Positions 12,748 through 22,036 of a DNA stretch of 64,000 nt are shown in pieces (within the stretch, counting starts at the first letter, position 1; each line of letters opens with the position of its first letter). The translations under genes were made by a program, and so were the position numbers. Origin of the DNA: an archaeon (GTDB lineage: Archaea > Undinarchaeota > Undinarchaeia > Undinarchaeales > JBDRKL01); NCBI GenBank assembly GCA_043814055.1, contig JBDRKL010000012.1, positions 1-64,000 of the forward strand. Reading direction: 5' to 3'. The notes under the pieces were generated by a model. That model was not told where the DNA came from. It saw nothing but the letters and a program-made list of their open reading frames with translations, and did not search any database.

Positions 12748-12854
12748 TTTTATTTCACCTCGTTGATAGAGTTTCCTCTACTTAATTCTTTAAAGAACAC
12801 GCCTTGTATCAGAGGGCGTTACTGCATTATGCAGCTTATTTGACTATGATATGT

Positions 12855-12927
12855 GCCGAGCAAAGCGAGGCACACAAATTTCGCGTTAGCGAAATTTCTT
12901 TTGGTCAAACTTTTCGTGAAAAGTTTG
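12855..12927. repeat. family-A repeat at the 3' end of tRNA-Ala
   Basis: GCCGAGCAAAGCGAGGC...TTTTGGTCAAACTTTTCGTGAAAAGTTTG. Confidence 0.8.
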
Positions 12928-12929
12928 AA

Positions 12930-13003
12930 TGGACCCAACGTGATTTGAACACGTGGCCTTCTGCTTGCAAAGCAGACGATCTACCGGACTGATCTATGGG
13001 CCC
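12930..13003 (-). tRNA. tRNA-Ala(TGC)
   Basis: Full cloverleaf, anticodon arm TCTGC-TT TGC AA-GCAGA, G3:U70 identity pair. Confidence 0.97.
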
Positions 13004-13108
13004 AGTTTATGAACCCAGCCTCGGGCTCCAATATGATTATTATTGAGTGACCTGGTGAGAAAAAGACTCCCCCTGTTTAGCCCACAGACTTAGCTGTGGT
13101 GCTTTCTT

Positions 13109-14572
<1,464 letters not shown>

Positions 14573-14853
14573 TAATGGGAGAGTTCTTTCTCACCAGGCC
14601 AATTTTTCAGATTCATTCCCCTTAAGGAGAAAGTCCTCACATTTTTTCCCGCGGCCTTGATACAACACGCATACGCCAAGGCATATGCATGTGTGTCATT
14701 CGCCGAAGGCGAACGACAGGTACCCCTCACAGCTTGAAAGAATGAGTGTCGCCACTCCCCGATTTCAGTAGCTAAGGGCCTTCGAAATACGAGAGGGCCG
14801 CGAGTTCTCGTGTAAACGAGAAATTAAAAGCTCTGTTAATATAGAAGGTGGGG

Positions 14854-14862
14854 TATATAAAG
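14854..14862 (-). promoter_or_regulatory. putative TATA box of the rRNA operon
   Basis: TTTATATA on the minus strand upstream of the structured 16S leader. Confidence 0.5.
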
Positions 14863-14863
14863 T

Positions 14864-15460
14864 TTACTTCAAAACCGTTCCTGTCTCGCAAAACCACAAA
14901 TACATGTCTAGTTCTGCAAGGTTCATGCCCAGAGTGTCAGCCAATTGCTTCAACTGGGCTTCAATCTCTAAATATCGTGTTCTGCTTAGCGATTTCGGCT
15001 TTTCAATTATGCCATGCACAGCGAGCAAATCAAGTATATGAAAGTCAATTATTGCATAATTCTCATACCCAATATTTCGTAAAAAATGGCTCGCCTCTTT
15101 CATGCCGAGGCCCTTCACATTTTGTACAAGCCAGTCGCGTTCTAAAACCAAATTGTCTTTGAGTTTTCTGGCGTTTACAATATAATTTGCTCTTGTATTT
15201 GGGAATCTATGACCGAGCTCCTTGAGCTTTTTCGCTAGTTGTTTCTCGCTGAGTTTTAGAAAGCCATCTCCAATTTCTTTTTGAATCCTAATCCCACCCT
15301 CGGCTGTGTAATTCGCGGTGAGGATGCAGAAGCACAATTCTTTGAAAATTTCGTTGCTTGATTTTTTCCCAAGCGATTTGAACTCCTGTAGTCTTTCAGA
15401 TATTTGCGAGCTTATATCGTTCGCTTTTAAATTTTCAACCCTGCAAATCAGCTCTTCCAT
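14864..15460 (-). CDS. ogg: 8-oxoguanine DNA glycosylase / AP lyase (Ogg2 type)
   Basis: ELCFCILTAN, GHRFPN.RA, HhH VKGLGMKEASHFLRN, IIDFH, C-terminal DMYLW..ETG.VLK. Confidence 0.92.
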   Translation of the reverse strand: MEELICRVENLKANDISSQISERLQEFKSLGKKSSNEIFKELCFCILTANYTAEGGIRIQKEIGDGFLKLSEKQLAKKLKELGHRFPNTRANYIVNARKLKDNLVLERDWLVQNVKGLGMKEASHFLRNIGYENYAIIDFHILDLLAVHGIIEKPKSLSRTRYLEIEAQLKQLADTLGMNLAELDMYLWFCETGTVLK

Positions 15461-15822
15461 AACCCGTGCACGTTGCAGTATGCCTTGACAGTGTAGTTGT
15501 CGCCAATCTTGCAGAACTCCGCCTCAGGCGTATCCCCTGGCTTTAGGTGCTTTATTGTCATCTTGCCGTCTGCAATAATTTCAACCCACTCAATGTAGTG
15601 CTTTTCCTCCATCGGGTGCGGCACTTCGCCGACCTTTACGCGGATTTTTCCACCAACTTCTTCAACCACAGGCACGTGTTTCTCCTTGCCCTCGTCCTCG
15701 GTCTTCGCTACCTGGAGTTCCATGGGCTGGCCGCAGCAGATCAACTGGCCCACTCCGTCGTGCACTACAGCCACAATGTTGCCGCAGATATTGCATTTGT
15801 AGAGTTCACCTTGGTTTGTCAT
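15448..15822 (-). CDS. dfx: desulfoferrodoxin / 2Fe superoxide reductase
   Basis: CNICGN...CCG desulforedoxin domain; EKHVP, HPM..HYIEW, CNVHGLW. Confidence 0.95.
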   Translation of the reverse strand: MTNQGELYKCNICGNIVAVVHDGVGQLICCGQPMELQVAKTEDEGKEKHVPVVEEVGGKIRVKVGEVPHPMEEKHYIEWVEIIADGKMTIKHLKPGDTPEAEFCKIGDNYTVKAYCNVHGLWKS

Positions 15823-16337
15823 TTTAATCTCACCTCTGACAGTTCAAGATGGTCTTTTTCAACTTCTATGAAAGCTGTGAATATTTCCTTCACGCGCTCG
15901 TTGTCTGCTTCCGCAGCCGCTGCCTTGTAGAACTCTATCGCGCGAGTTTCTCTAGCGTGAGAATTCTCAAGGTTTTCTTTGTTCTCTACTGCGCACTCGT
16001 CGTCCGCTTTCGGCACAGCATCAAGCTTGAGAATTTTTTTCCATACACTAGCATGCTCTGCCTCAACCTTGCCAAGAGCTTTGAAGAGTTTTTTCCCTTC
16101 CTCGTCATTAGTATCCTCGGCTGCGCAGAAATAAAATGCTGCATTACTGACTTCAACCTGCAGTGCCTTCTCAACATTTGCCTGGTCTTTCTCAGTCAGC
16201 TCAACGTCAAAGTTGACCTTCGCGTCCTGGATTTCCAGTATGTATTTCTTGTGCGCCCCGCAAAAAGGGCAGTTGTCCGGCGCAGACTCTCCGATATAGG
16301 GGTCTCCGCAAATTTCACATCTCCAAAGTTTTACCAT
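15819..16337 (-). CDS. reverse rubrerythrin (rubredoxin plus ferritin-like diiron domain)
   Basis: WRCEICG...CPFCG followed by EAEH and EKDH diiron motifs; SD GGAGGT. Confidence 0.88.
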   Translation of the reverse strand: MVKLWRCEICGDPYIGESAPDNCPFCGAHKKYILEIQDAKVNFDVELTEKDQANVEKALQVEVSNAAFYFCAAEDTNDEEGKKLFKALGKVEAEHASVWKKILKLDAVPKADDECAVENKENLENSHARETRAIEFYKAAAAEADNERVKEIFTAFIEVEKDHLELSEVRLK

Positions 16338-16349
16338 TTTATTACCTCC

Positions 16350-16421
16350 TTACTTCTTTTTCTTAGTAACCTTCTTTTTCTTTTTGGTTGTGCAACCACA
16401 TCCGCATCCGCATTCTGGCAT
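16350..16421 (-). CDS. putative 23-aa Cys/Lys-rich peptide MPECGCGCGCTTKKKKKVTKKKK
   Basis: Fills the perR-rubrerythrin gap. GGTGA SD upstream of ATG 16421; the stop abuts the next gene's SD. Confidence 0.5.
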   Translation of the reverse strand: MPECGCGCGCTTKKKKKVTKKKK

Positions 16422-16426
16422 TTTAG

Positions 16427-16807
16427 TCACCGCCCTCCGCACTTTTTGCAAGTGCCGTGGAACATGATGCAGACGCAGTTCGCCGCGAAGTCTTGCTGGC
16501 TGAATTTTTTTAGCGCCTGCCTTGAAATTTCCTCTTGGAATGAATTGCATATTTTGTTGCATTTCCCGCACACACAGTGCTGGTGCGCGCAGGTGTTCCC
16601 ATCGTAATGGTACTCGCTGTTTATCTCAAGCCGGAGTATTTCGCCGTGCTCAGCCATCTTGTTAAGGTTTCTGTAAACCGTGGCGAGCGTGATTGTGGGA
16701 ATTTCCTTTTTCACTGCGGCGTGGACCATCTCTGCAGTTGGGTGTGTCTTGACGCTCTTGAGGTATTCAAGGATTTTGAGCTTCTGCGGGGTGTTTCTGC
16801 AGTTCAT
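16427..16807 (-). CDS. Fur/PerR-family transcriptional repressor
   Basis: TPQK..IL, HPTAE, LATVYRNL, H.H..C..C and C..C zinc site. Confidence 0.92.
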   Translation of the reverse strand: MNCRNTPQKLKILEYLKSVKTHPTAEMVHAAVKKEIPTITLATVYRNLNKMAEHGEILRLEINSEYHYDGNTCAHQHCVCGKCNKICNSFQEEISRQALKKFSQQDFAANCVCIMFHGTCKKCGGR

Positions 16808-16811
16808 ATTA

Positions 16812-16828
16812 TTAATAATGATTATTAA
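16812..16828. promoter_or_regulatory. Per/Fur-box-like operator
   Basis: Perfect 8-1-8 palindrome TTAATAAT-G-ATTATTAA between the TATA box (~16845-16853) and the perR ATG. Confidence 0.7.
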
Positions 16829-16928
16829 ATGATAAAGAATACTAGTATATAAAAGTTGTGGAGAAGTGGTGAAGACGCAACATTCTCTTGGTTTAATTTG
16901 AACTAAAGTTAATAATAGGAGAGAATGA

Positions 16929-17055
16929 TGCGGGAGACAGGACTTGAACCTGCGAAGGCACTAAGCCATTGGATGTCTTAATCATCGAGCACTGAGCTCT
17001 CAGCACTCAAGATTTCTCTTGAGTCCAACCCATTTGGCCGCTTTGGTACTCCCGC
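16929..17055 (-). tRNA. tRNA-Leu(CAA) with 43-nt intron at 37/38 (16975-17017)
   Basis: Cloverleaf with long variable arm; TTGGA-CT CAA G|intron|A-TCCAA. Confidence 0.92.
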
Positions 17056-17315
17056 TTAGAGTGATTAATGTAATAACCCCTTAAAATTGCTTTTCATATG
17101 GATTAGAGACCCATACCACCCCTTCACAAACCACTTCATACCCCAAAATAATGATAATGTAATTCGTTGTGGTAGTTATAGGGGCCATCACAAGGAAAAC
17201 CTGGTAGTGGCCGGAGGTTCGCCTCCGGTTGCACTCTTTCTTTTAAATTGCTGTCGCAAGCAGTGATTTAAAAGCGCACACGTTCCGCGAAGCGGAATGT
17301 GTCGTGTTTCAAGAA

Positions 17316-17594
17316 TTAGAATCCGAATGCATCTATGAACTTTTTCAACTTGTTGTATTCGGCCATAAACTCGTCGCCAGCCTCGGTTATTGCATAGTTC
17401 TTGCCTTCTTTGGTTTCAGTTTCTGTTATGAGTGTTTTTTCCAGCAATTCATTCACATACTCCATCATTTTCTTGTGCGAGAGATTTGACTTGTACATCA
17501 AGTGAGTTGGTTTTATTGAGCCGCCTTTTGCGCGGATAGAGCCCAGCATGTCATAAATGATTTCCATCTTGGTTCGTCTTGTTGAGGGGCTCAT
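17316..17594 (-). CDS. archaeal winged-HTH transcription regulator
   Basis: RRTKMEIIYDML...KPTHLMYKSNLS...Y.ITEAG pattern. Confidence 0.88.
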   Translation of the reverse strand: MSPSTRRTKMEIIYDMLGSIRAKGGSIKPTHLMYKSNLSHKKMMEYVNELLEKTLITETETKEGKNYAITEAGDEFMAEYNKLKKFIDAFGF

Positions 17595-18268
17595 CTTTTG
17601 AATACTGATATTATGTTAAACAATAGTATGCCGTAACCAATTAGCTGTGCGACCATTCCGAGCGCGTAGAGCGTTGGCTCAAGTATCATGAACACGAACG
17701 CGGCCTGGCTCACCAAAATGAAGAAAAACGCCAGCATAATCTGGAGAGCCGGACCGGACTTCTTCTTTGCATAGTTGTACTGGAAGAACGAGAATATGAA
17801 AAGCAGGAACGCCGCAGCGACCATATGGAAAACGCTGTAATATGTGAAGCTGAGCTCGGTTGAAATTACAGCGAACATCATCAGCAAAGCGAGCACTCTC
17901 TTGTCCTTTGTCTTGAGTGTAAGCCAGAAGAGCAGGGCGAGCGAGAACAGGAAGCCTGCGCGGTAGAAGAACACGCCGAGCAAGTAGACGTTCACAACGC
18001 TGGCCGAGGTCACTGCGGTTACCACAGACTCCATTGGAGCTCTGACTGAGCTGTAATACCTGGCGAAGTTCGCGAAAATCTTGATTAGGAACGAGAACGC
18101 AATCATCGCAAAGGAGTAGAACATTATGCTGTAGCTCTTGGCGCCGATAACTTTCCACGCGCGGTAGCTGAAGTAGAATATGCCCACTGCGACAAGCAGT
18201 GAAATTATGTCAAATATTATGTCATAGCCCGAGAACCAGACCGGGGTAAAGGTTAATGGAACGCCCAT
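17591..18268 (-). CDS. multi-pass (about 7 TM) membrane protein coupled to the wHTH regulator
   Basis: Hydrophobic ORF from ATG 18268 with TATA-like TTAAATA just upstream; its stop overlaps the wHTH ATG. Confidence 0.75.
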   Translation of the reverse strand: MGVPLTFTPVWFSGYDIIFDIISLLVAVGIFYFSYRAWKVIGAKSYSIMFYSFAMIAFSFLIKIFANFARYYSSVRAPMESVVTAVTSASVVNVYLLGVFFYRAGFLFSLALLFWLTLKTKDKRVLALLMMFAVISTELSFTYYSVFHMVAAAFLLFIFSFFQYNYAKKKSGPALQIMLAFFFILVSQAAFVFMILEPTLYALGMVAQLIGYGILLFNIISVFKR

Positions 18269-18318
18269 GGAGTAGGATAAAGGACAGAAGTATTTAAGGG
18301 TTTTTAAGTGAGAAGAAA

Positions 18319-18393
18319 TGCCCCAGCCGGGATTCGAACCCGAGTCTCCGCCTTGAAAGGGCGGAATGATTGGCCGGACTACACCACCGGGGC
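18319..18393 (-). tRNA. tRNA-Glu(TTC)
   Basis: Cloverleaf, CCGCC-CT TTC AA-GGCGG. Confidence 0.97.
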
Positions 18394-18411
18394 AGGTTTT
18401 TACCAATGTGC

Positions 18412-18576
18412 ACCGAGATACAAAGCTTTTTTCGTCAACGTTTTTGCGAAGCAAAAAGGTTGGACTTCACACCACCGGGGCAACTTTATGTGCGCCAGGC
18501 AATGTACTTTTCTTTTGGTCAAGCTTTTCTTCGTAAAGAAAAGATTGCCGTTGAGTACACCACCGGGGCAACTTTA
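18412..18576 (-). repeat. two extra copies of the tRNA-Glu 5' end, each followed by a family-A unit
   Basis: ACACCACCGGGGCA at 18381, 18469 and 18557, with TTTT(G/C)GTCAA...AAAAG(G/A)TTG units between. Confidence 0.85.
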
Positions 18577-18629
18577 AGCTATAGGGAGTATGCATTAACG
18601 AATTTAAAGGTTGCTATTTAGTTCAACTT

Positions 18630-18693
18630 GCTTGGTAGTTCCGTAGCATCACAAATGTAATGCGGAACCGCGTGTCAACTTCGCGAGAAGTTG
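18630..18693 (+). repeat. family-B repeat at the 3' end of tRNA-Ile
   Basis: GCTTGGTAGTTCCGTAGCATCACAAATGTAATGCGGAAC...TGTCAACTTCGCGAGAAGTTG. Confidence 0.75.
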
Positions 18694-18696
18694 TAA

Positions 18697-18808
18697 TGGG
18701 CCCGTCGTGATTCGAACACGAGACCTCACGCTTTCGCAAGCGTGCCCGCATTTTGTGCGGAACACAGCCATATAAGGCGTGCGCTCCACCAGGCTGAGCT
18801 ACGGGCCC
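18697..18808 (-). tRNA. tRNA-Ile(TAT) with 38-nt intron at 37/38 (18733-18770)
   Basis: GGGCCCG acceptor stem, CACGC-CT TAT A|intron|A-GCGTG, T arm TCGTG-TTCGAAT-CACGA, discriminator A. Confidence 0.9.
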
Positions 18809-18944
18809 AAACTTTTATTTAGCCTATGGTTTTGGTTTCCGATGAACTGACCCGATAAGGCCGCAGCATCACCAAAGTGATGCGGCCTAACGCCCCTCCG
18901 CCGCTGTGCGGAGAGCTCCACGGGCCCAAACTTTTATTTAGCCT
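18801..18944. repeat. 25-bp direct duplication (ileS stop plus tRNA-Ile 5' end) enclosing a family-B hairpin
   Basis: ACGGGCCCAAACTTTTATTTAGCCT at 18801-18825 and 18920-18944; GGCCGCAGCATCACCAAAGTGATGCGGCC between them. Confidence 0.85.
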
Positions 18945-21864
18945 TGTCAAACCCAATGCTTATCTCCTTGTCCTCGAATTTGCACTCGCCGGAAACTTTT
19001 GCTTTTACTGGTAGTTCGGCTATATCAATCTTTTCAGCGCCGACTTTCAGCACGATTTCCTCGCGGAACTTGTTCAGTGCCCTGCGTGCAAATTCGTCTG
19101 AACTGGAGAATGTGACGTTGATTTTCTCATCAACCTTGAATTCGTTCTTCTTTCGCAACACCTGGACTGCGCGCATTACCTCGCGGGCTAGCGCTTCTTC
19201 CAGAATTGCTGGGGTGAGCTCGTTGTCCAGCACGAGCTTGCCGAACTCAAATTCTTTTTCAATTCCTTTTGTGCTTCCTGCCTTGAGCTCTTTCACATTT
19301 GCCTGTGTTTTTATGACTTGCTCAAATGTTTTCAAGGCCTTCTTGACTTTGTCATCACCTTCAACTGCTAGAGTCTTGAGCGGCCAGCGGAGTTTTACTT
19401 TTGCTTCCTCGCGGGCAAAGAATGATGCTTCCACAATGCTGCGCGCGATTTTCATTTCTTCCTCAAGCTTTGCGTCTATTTTCTTTGAGTCCGGTTTTGG
19501 CCAGCTGAGCATGTGGATTGATTCCGGAGCTTTCTTGTCCAAAGGTTTTACAATTGCCTGGTATAGTTCCTCTGTGAGTATTGGGAGGATTGGCGCGGCT
19601 AAAATAAGGTACTGCTTGAGCACGTCATACAAGACCTTGAAAGCTGTGAGCTTGTCCGAGCCCTTTGCCGAAACCCAGGTTCGGTCGCGTATTAATTTAA
19701 TATACCAGCGCGAGAGATCCTCAACCATAAAGTCGCGCAGGAGCGGCGGAGCGTCAGGGAATTCCATATCCTCAAACGCCTGCGTAACCTGCTGGTTTAG
19801 AGTATTTATTCTTGAGATTATCCACTTGTCCTCGGGCTTGAGCTTTTTCGTGTCAAGCTTGAACTCTTCTGGGTTGAAGCCTTCAACATCCATGTATTTC
19901 GCGAACTGCGCAACGTTCCAGAGAATGTTCAACGCTTTGTAAGCCTCGTCCATGTCTTTCCAATTCACGCGCAGGTCTTCGCCAGACCGCGAAGCTCCGA
20001 GGCAGTAAAGCCTCCAGGCTTCTGAGCCGATTTTTTCAATTACTTCAGAAGGTTCAATTACATTGCCAAGTGATTTTGACATCTTCGCGCCTTTCTCGTC
20101 CGAGATAAAGCCGTGCATGTAAACGTTCTTGTAAGGAGTTACGCCGTGAGAGACCATTGAGAGGCAGAGCTGAGAGTTGAACCAGCCGCGGATTTGATCC
20201 TTTCCTTCTGTGATGAAATCTGCAGGCCAGAGCTTCTTGAACTCCGTTTCATCTTTTGGGAATCCGAGCGATGCCCAGGTCGCTGCGCCTGAGTCCAGCC
20301 ACACGTCAAGAATGTCCGGGATTCTGCGCATTTCCTTGCCGCACTCTTCGCACTTGAATGTTACCTTGTCAACGTGAGGCCTGTGGAGCTCTTTCACGTC
20401 TGCATTGAGCTCTGCGCGTGAGCCGATTACTTTCACGTGGTTGTTCTCACAGCGCCAAATTGGCAATGGAATGCCCCAGTATCGTTGTCTTGAAATGCAC
20501 CAGTCCTGAATGTTCTCAAGCCAGTCGCGGAACCATCGCTCGCCAGCCCAGTCCGGACTCCACTTGACTTTCTTGTTCTCCGCAATGAGCTTATCCTTCA
20601 TTTTTGAAACGCCGAGATACCACTGCTCTGTGGCTCTGTAAATAATCGGAGACTTGCAGCGCCAGCAGTGCGCGTACTCGTGCGAAACAGGGGTTTTCAT
20701 CGCGAGAATTCCTTTTTCCTTGAGAACGTCAATGAATTTCGTGTTGTCCTTGCTCGCGTTCCAGCCTTGGTATTTCCCGCCGAGCTCGTTGAAGTCCCCG
20801 TTCTCTTCAACAACTGTAAATGCTGGAATGTCCAATTTCCTGCCAACATCAAAGTCCTCTGCGCCGCAGCCAGGGGCTGTGTGCACGCAACCTGAGCCTG
20901 CGCTGAGAGTTACGAAACCGTAGAACATCTCGTCTGAGACCGGCTGGATTGTGTAGGCGTTCGGGTATTTCTTGTGCATTTCCTCATGGACTGGCATGTC
21001 CCCTGCGAATGGGTTGACATATTCAATTCCTTTCAGTTCACTGCCTTTCAGGGTTTCAACAACCTCGTACTTCTTCTCCATCATACCCATCAATGCAATT
21101 ACGAACGGCTTTGCAAGAATCCAATACTCGTCTCCGACTTTGATTTTTGCATAGTCAAAATCAGGGTGCACCGCGACCATCATATTCATCGGGAGCGTCC
21201 AAGGTGTGGTTGTCCAGATTAAAACATACTCGTTCTTTTTTCCGCGGAGCTGGAACTTGACGTAAACTGAAGAGTCTGTTACTGTTTCGTATTCAAGCTC
21301 GTGCTTCGCGAGCGCAGTTGCGCAGCGCCAGCACCAGGTGACTGAGCGCGGGCCTGTGAAGAGAAGACCTTTGTCATGTGCTTTTTTGAGCGCCCACCAG
21401 GCGCCTTCAATATAGGAGTCGTCAATTGTGCGGTATGGCTTGTCCCAGTCCATCCACACGCCGAGCCGGGCGAACTGCTCATTCATCTTCGCGAGATTGT
21501 CAAGCGCGAATTTCCTGCAGTTGTCAATGAACTTGTCCATGCCAACGCCGGTTTCAATTTCTTTCTTGTTCTTGATGCCCATCAGCTCTTCAACTTTCAC
21601 TTCAATCGGTAGGCCGTGCATGTCGTAGCCCGGCTGGGACCTGACGCTGTAGCCCTGCATTCGCTTGTAGCGCAGAATTGAATCCTTGAGAACTTTGTTC
21701 CAGGCGGTTCCAAGGTGGATGTTCCCGGTTGTGTATGGCGGGCCATCGTTGAAGTACCATTTCTTGTCCTTCTCGTGGAGCTTCTGGACTTTTTCAAAAA
21801 TTTTCCCGTCTTTCCAGTACTTGAGAATCTTTTCCTCGGTTTCCTGCGGCTTGAATTGTTCCAT
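18934..21864 (-). CDS. ileS: isoleucine--tRNA ligase
   Basis: DGPPY, HLGT (HIGH-like), WTTTPWTLP, WCISRQRYWG, KMSKS. Confidence 0.97.
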   Translation of the reverse strand: MEQFKPQETEEKILKYWKDGKIFEKVQKLHEKDKKWYFNDGPPYTTGNIHLGTAWNKVLKDSILRYKRMQGYSVRSQPGYDMHGLPIEVKVEELMGIKNKKEIETGVGMDKFIDNCRKFALDNLAKMNEQFARLGVWMDWDKPYRTIDDSYIEGAWWALKKAHDKGLLFTGPRSVTWCWRCATALAKHELEYETVTDSSVYVKFQLRGKKNEYVLIWTTTPWTLPMNMMVAVHPDFDYAKIKVGDEYWILAKPFVIALMGMMEKKYEVVETLKGSELKGIEYVNPFAGDMPVHEEMHKKYPNAYTIQPVSDEMFYGFVTLSAGSGCVHTAPGCGAEDFDVGRKLDIPAFTVVEENGDFNELGGKYQGWNASKDNTKFIDVLKEKGILAMKTPVSHEYAHCWRCKSPIIYRATEQWYLGVSKMKDKLIAENKKVKWSPDWAGERWFRDWLENIQDWCISRQRYWGIPLPIWRCENNHVKVIGSRAELNADVKELHRPHVDKVTFKCEECGKEMRRIPDILDVWLDSGAATWASLGFPKDETEFKKLWPADFITEGKDQIRGWFNSQLCLSMVSHGVTPYKNVYMHGFISDEKGAKMSKSLGNVIEPSEVIEKIGSEAWRLYCLGASRSGEDLRVNWKDMDEAYKALNILWNVAQFAKYMDVEGFNPEEFKLDTKKLKPEDKWIISRINTLNQQVTQAFEDMEFPDAPPLLRDFMVEDLSRWYIKLIRDRTWVSAKGSDKLTAFKVLYDVLKQYLILAAPILPILTEELYQAIVKPLDKKAPESIHMLSWPKPDSKKIDAKLEEEMKIARSIVEASFFAREEAKVKLRWPLKTLAVEGDDKVKKALKTFEQVIKTQANVKELKAGSTKGIEKEFEFGKLVLDNELTPAILEEALAREVMRAVQVLRKKNEFKVDEKINVTFSSSDEFARRALNKFREEIVLKVGAEKIDIAELPVKAKVSGECKFEDKEISIGFDKAK

Positions 21865-22036
21865 TTATTTGTCTCAGGTTTGGCGCGCTTTTATTTATAC
21901 TCAACCGTGCCCCAGAAATTTTGAAAAAAGGAGCACAGTTTCCACTAAAACTATCGTATTATGATAATTTCAGAGTCTGTGTTCATTAGATTACAAATGG
22001 GCTCGGTGGTTTAAATAAGTTTCTTCAGCAGAGTAG

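Noticed and set aside
18269-18454. N-terminal extension of the 287-aa membrane ORF
   Set aside because: It runs through tRNA-Glu; ATG 18268 has its own TATA-like element.
18469-18569. Split (trans-spliced) tRNA halves
   Set aside because: Fragments cover only about 13-14 nt of tRNA, intact genes are adjacent, and no matching 3' pieces are seen.
18381-18576. Mini-CRISPR array (three regularly spaced short repeats)
   Set aside because: The repeat is only about 14-20 bp and equals the tRNA-Glu 5' end, the spacers resemble each other, and there are no cas genes in the window.
18944-19942. Long antisense ORFs (this one, 28855-29829, 24873-25559, 38075-38755, 57333-58007 and similar)
   Set aside because: Shadow frames opposite well-supported genes, with no motifs.
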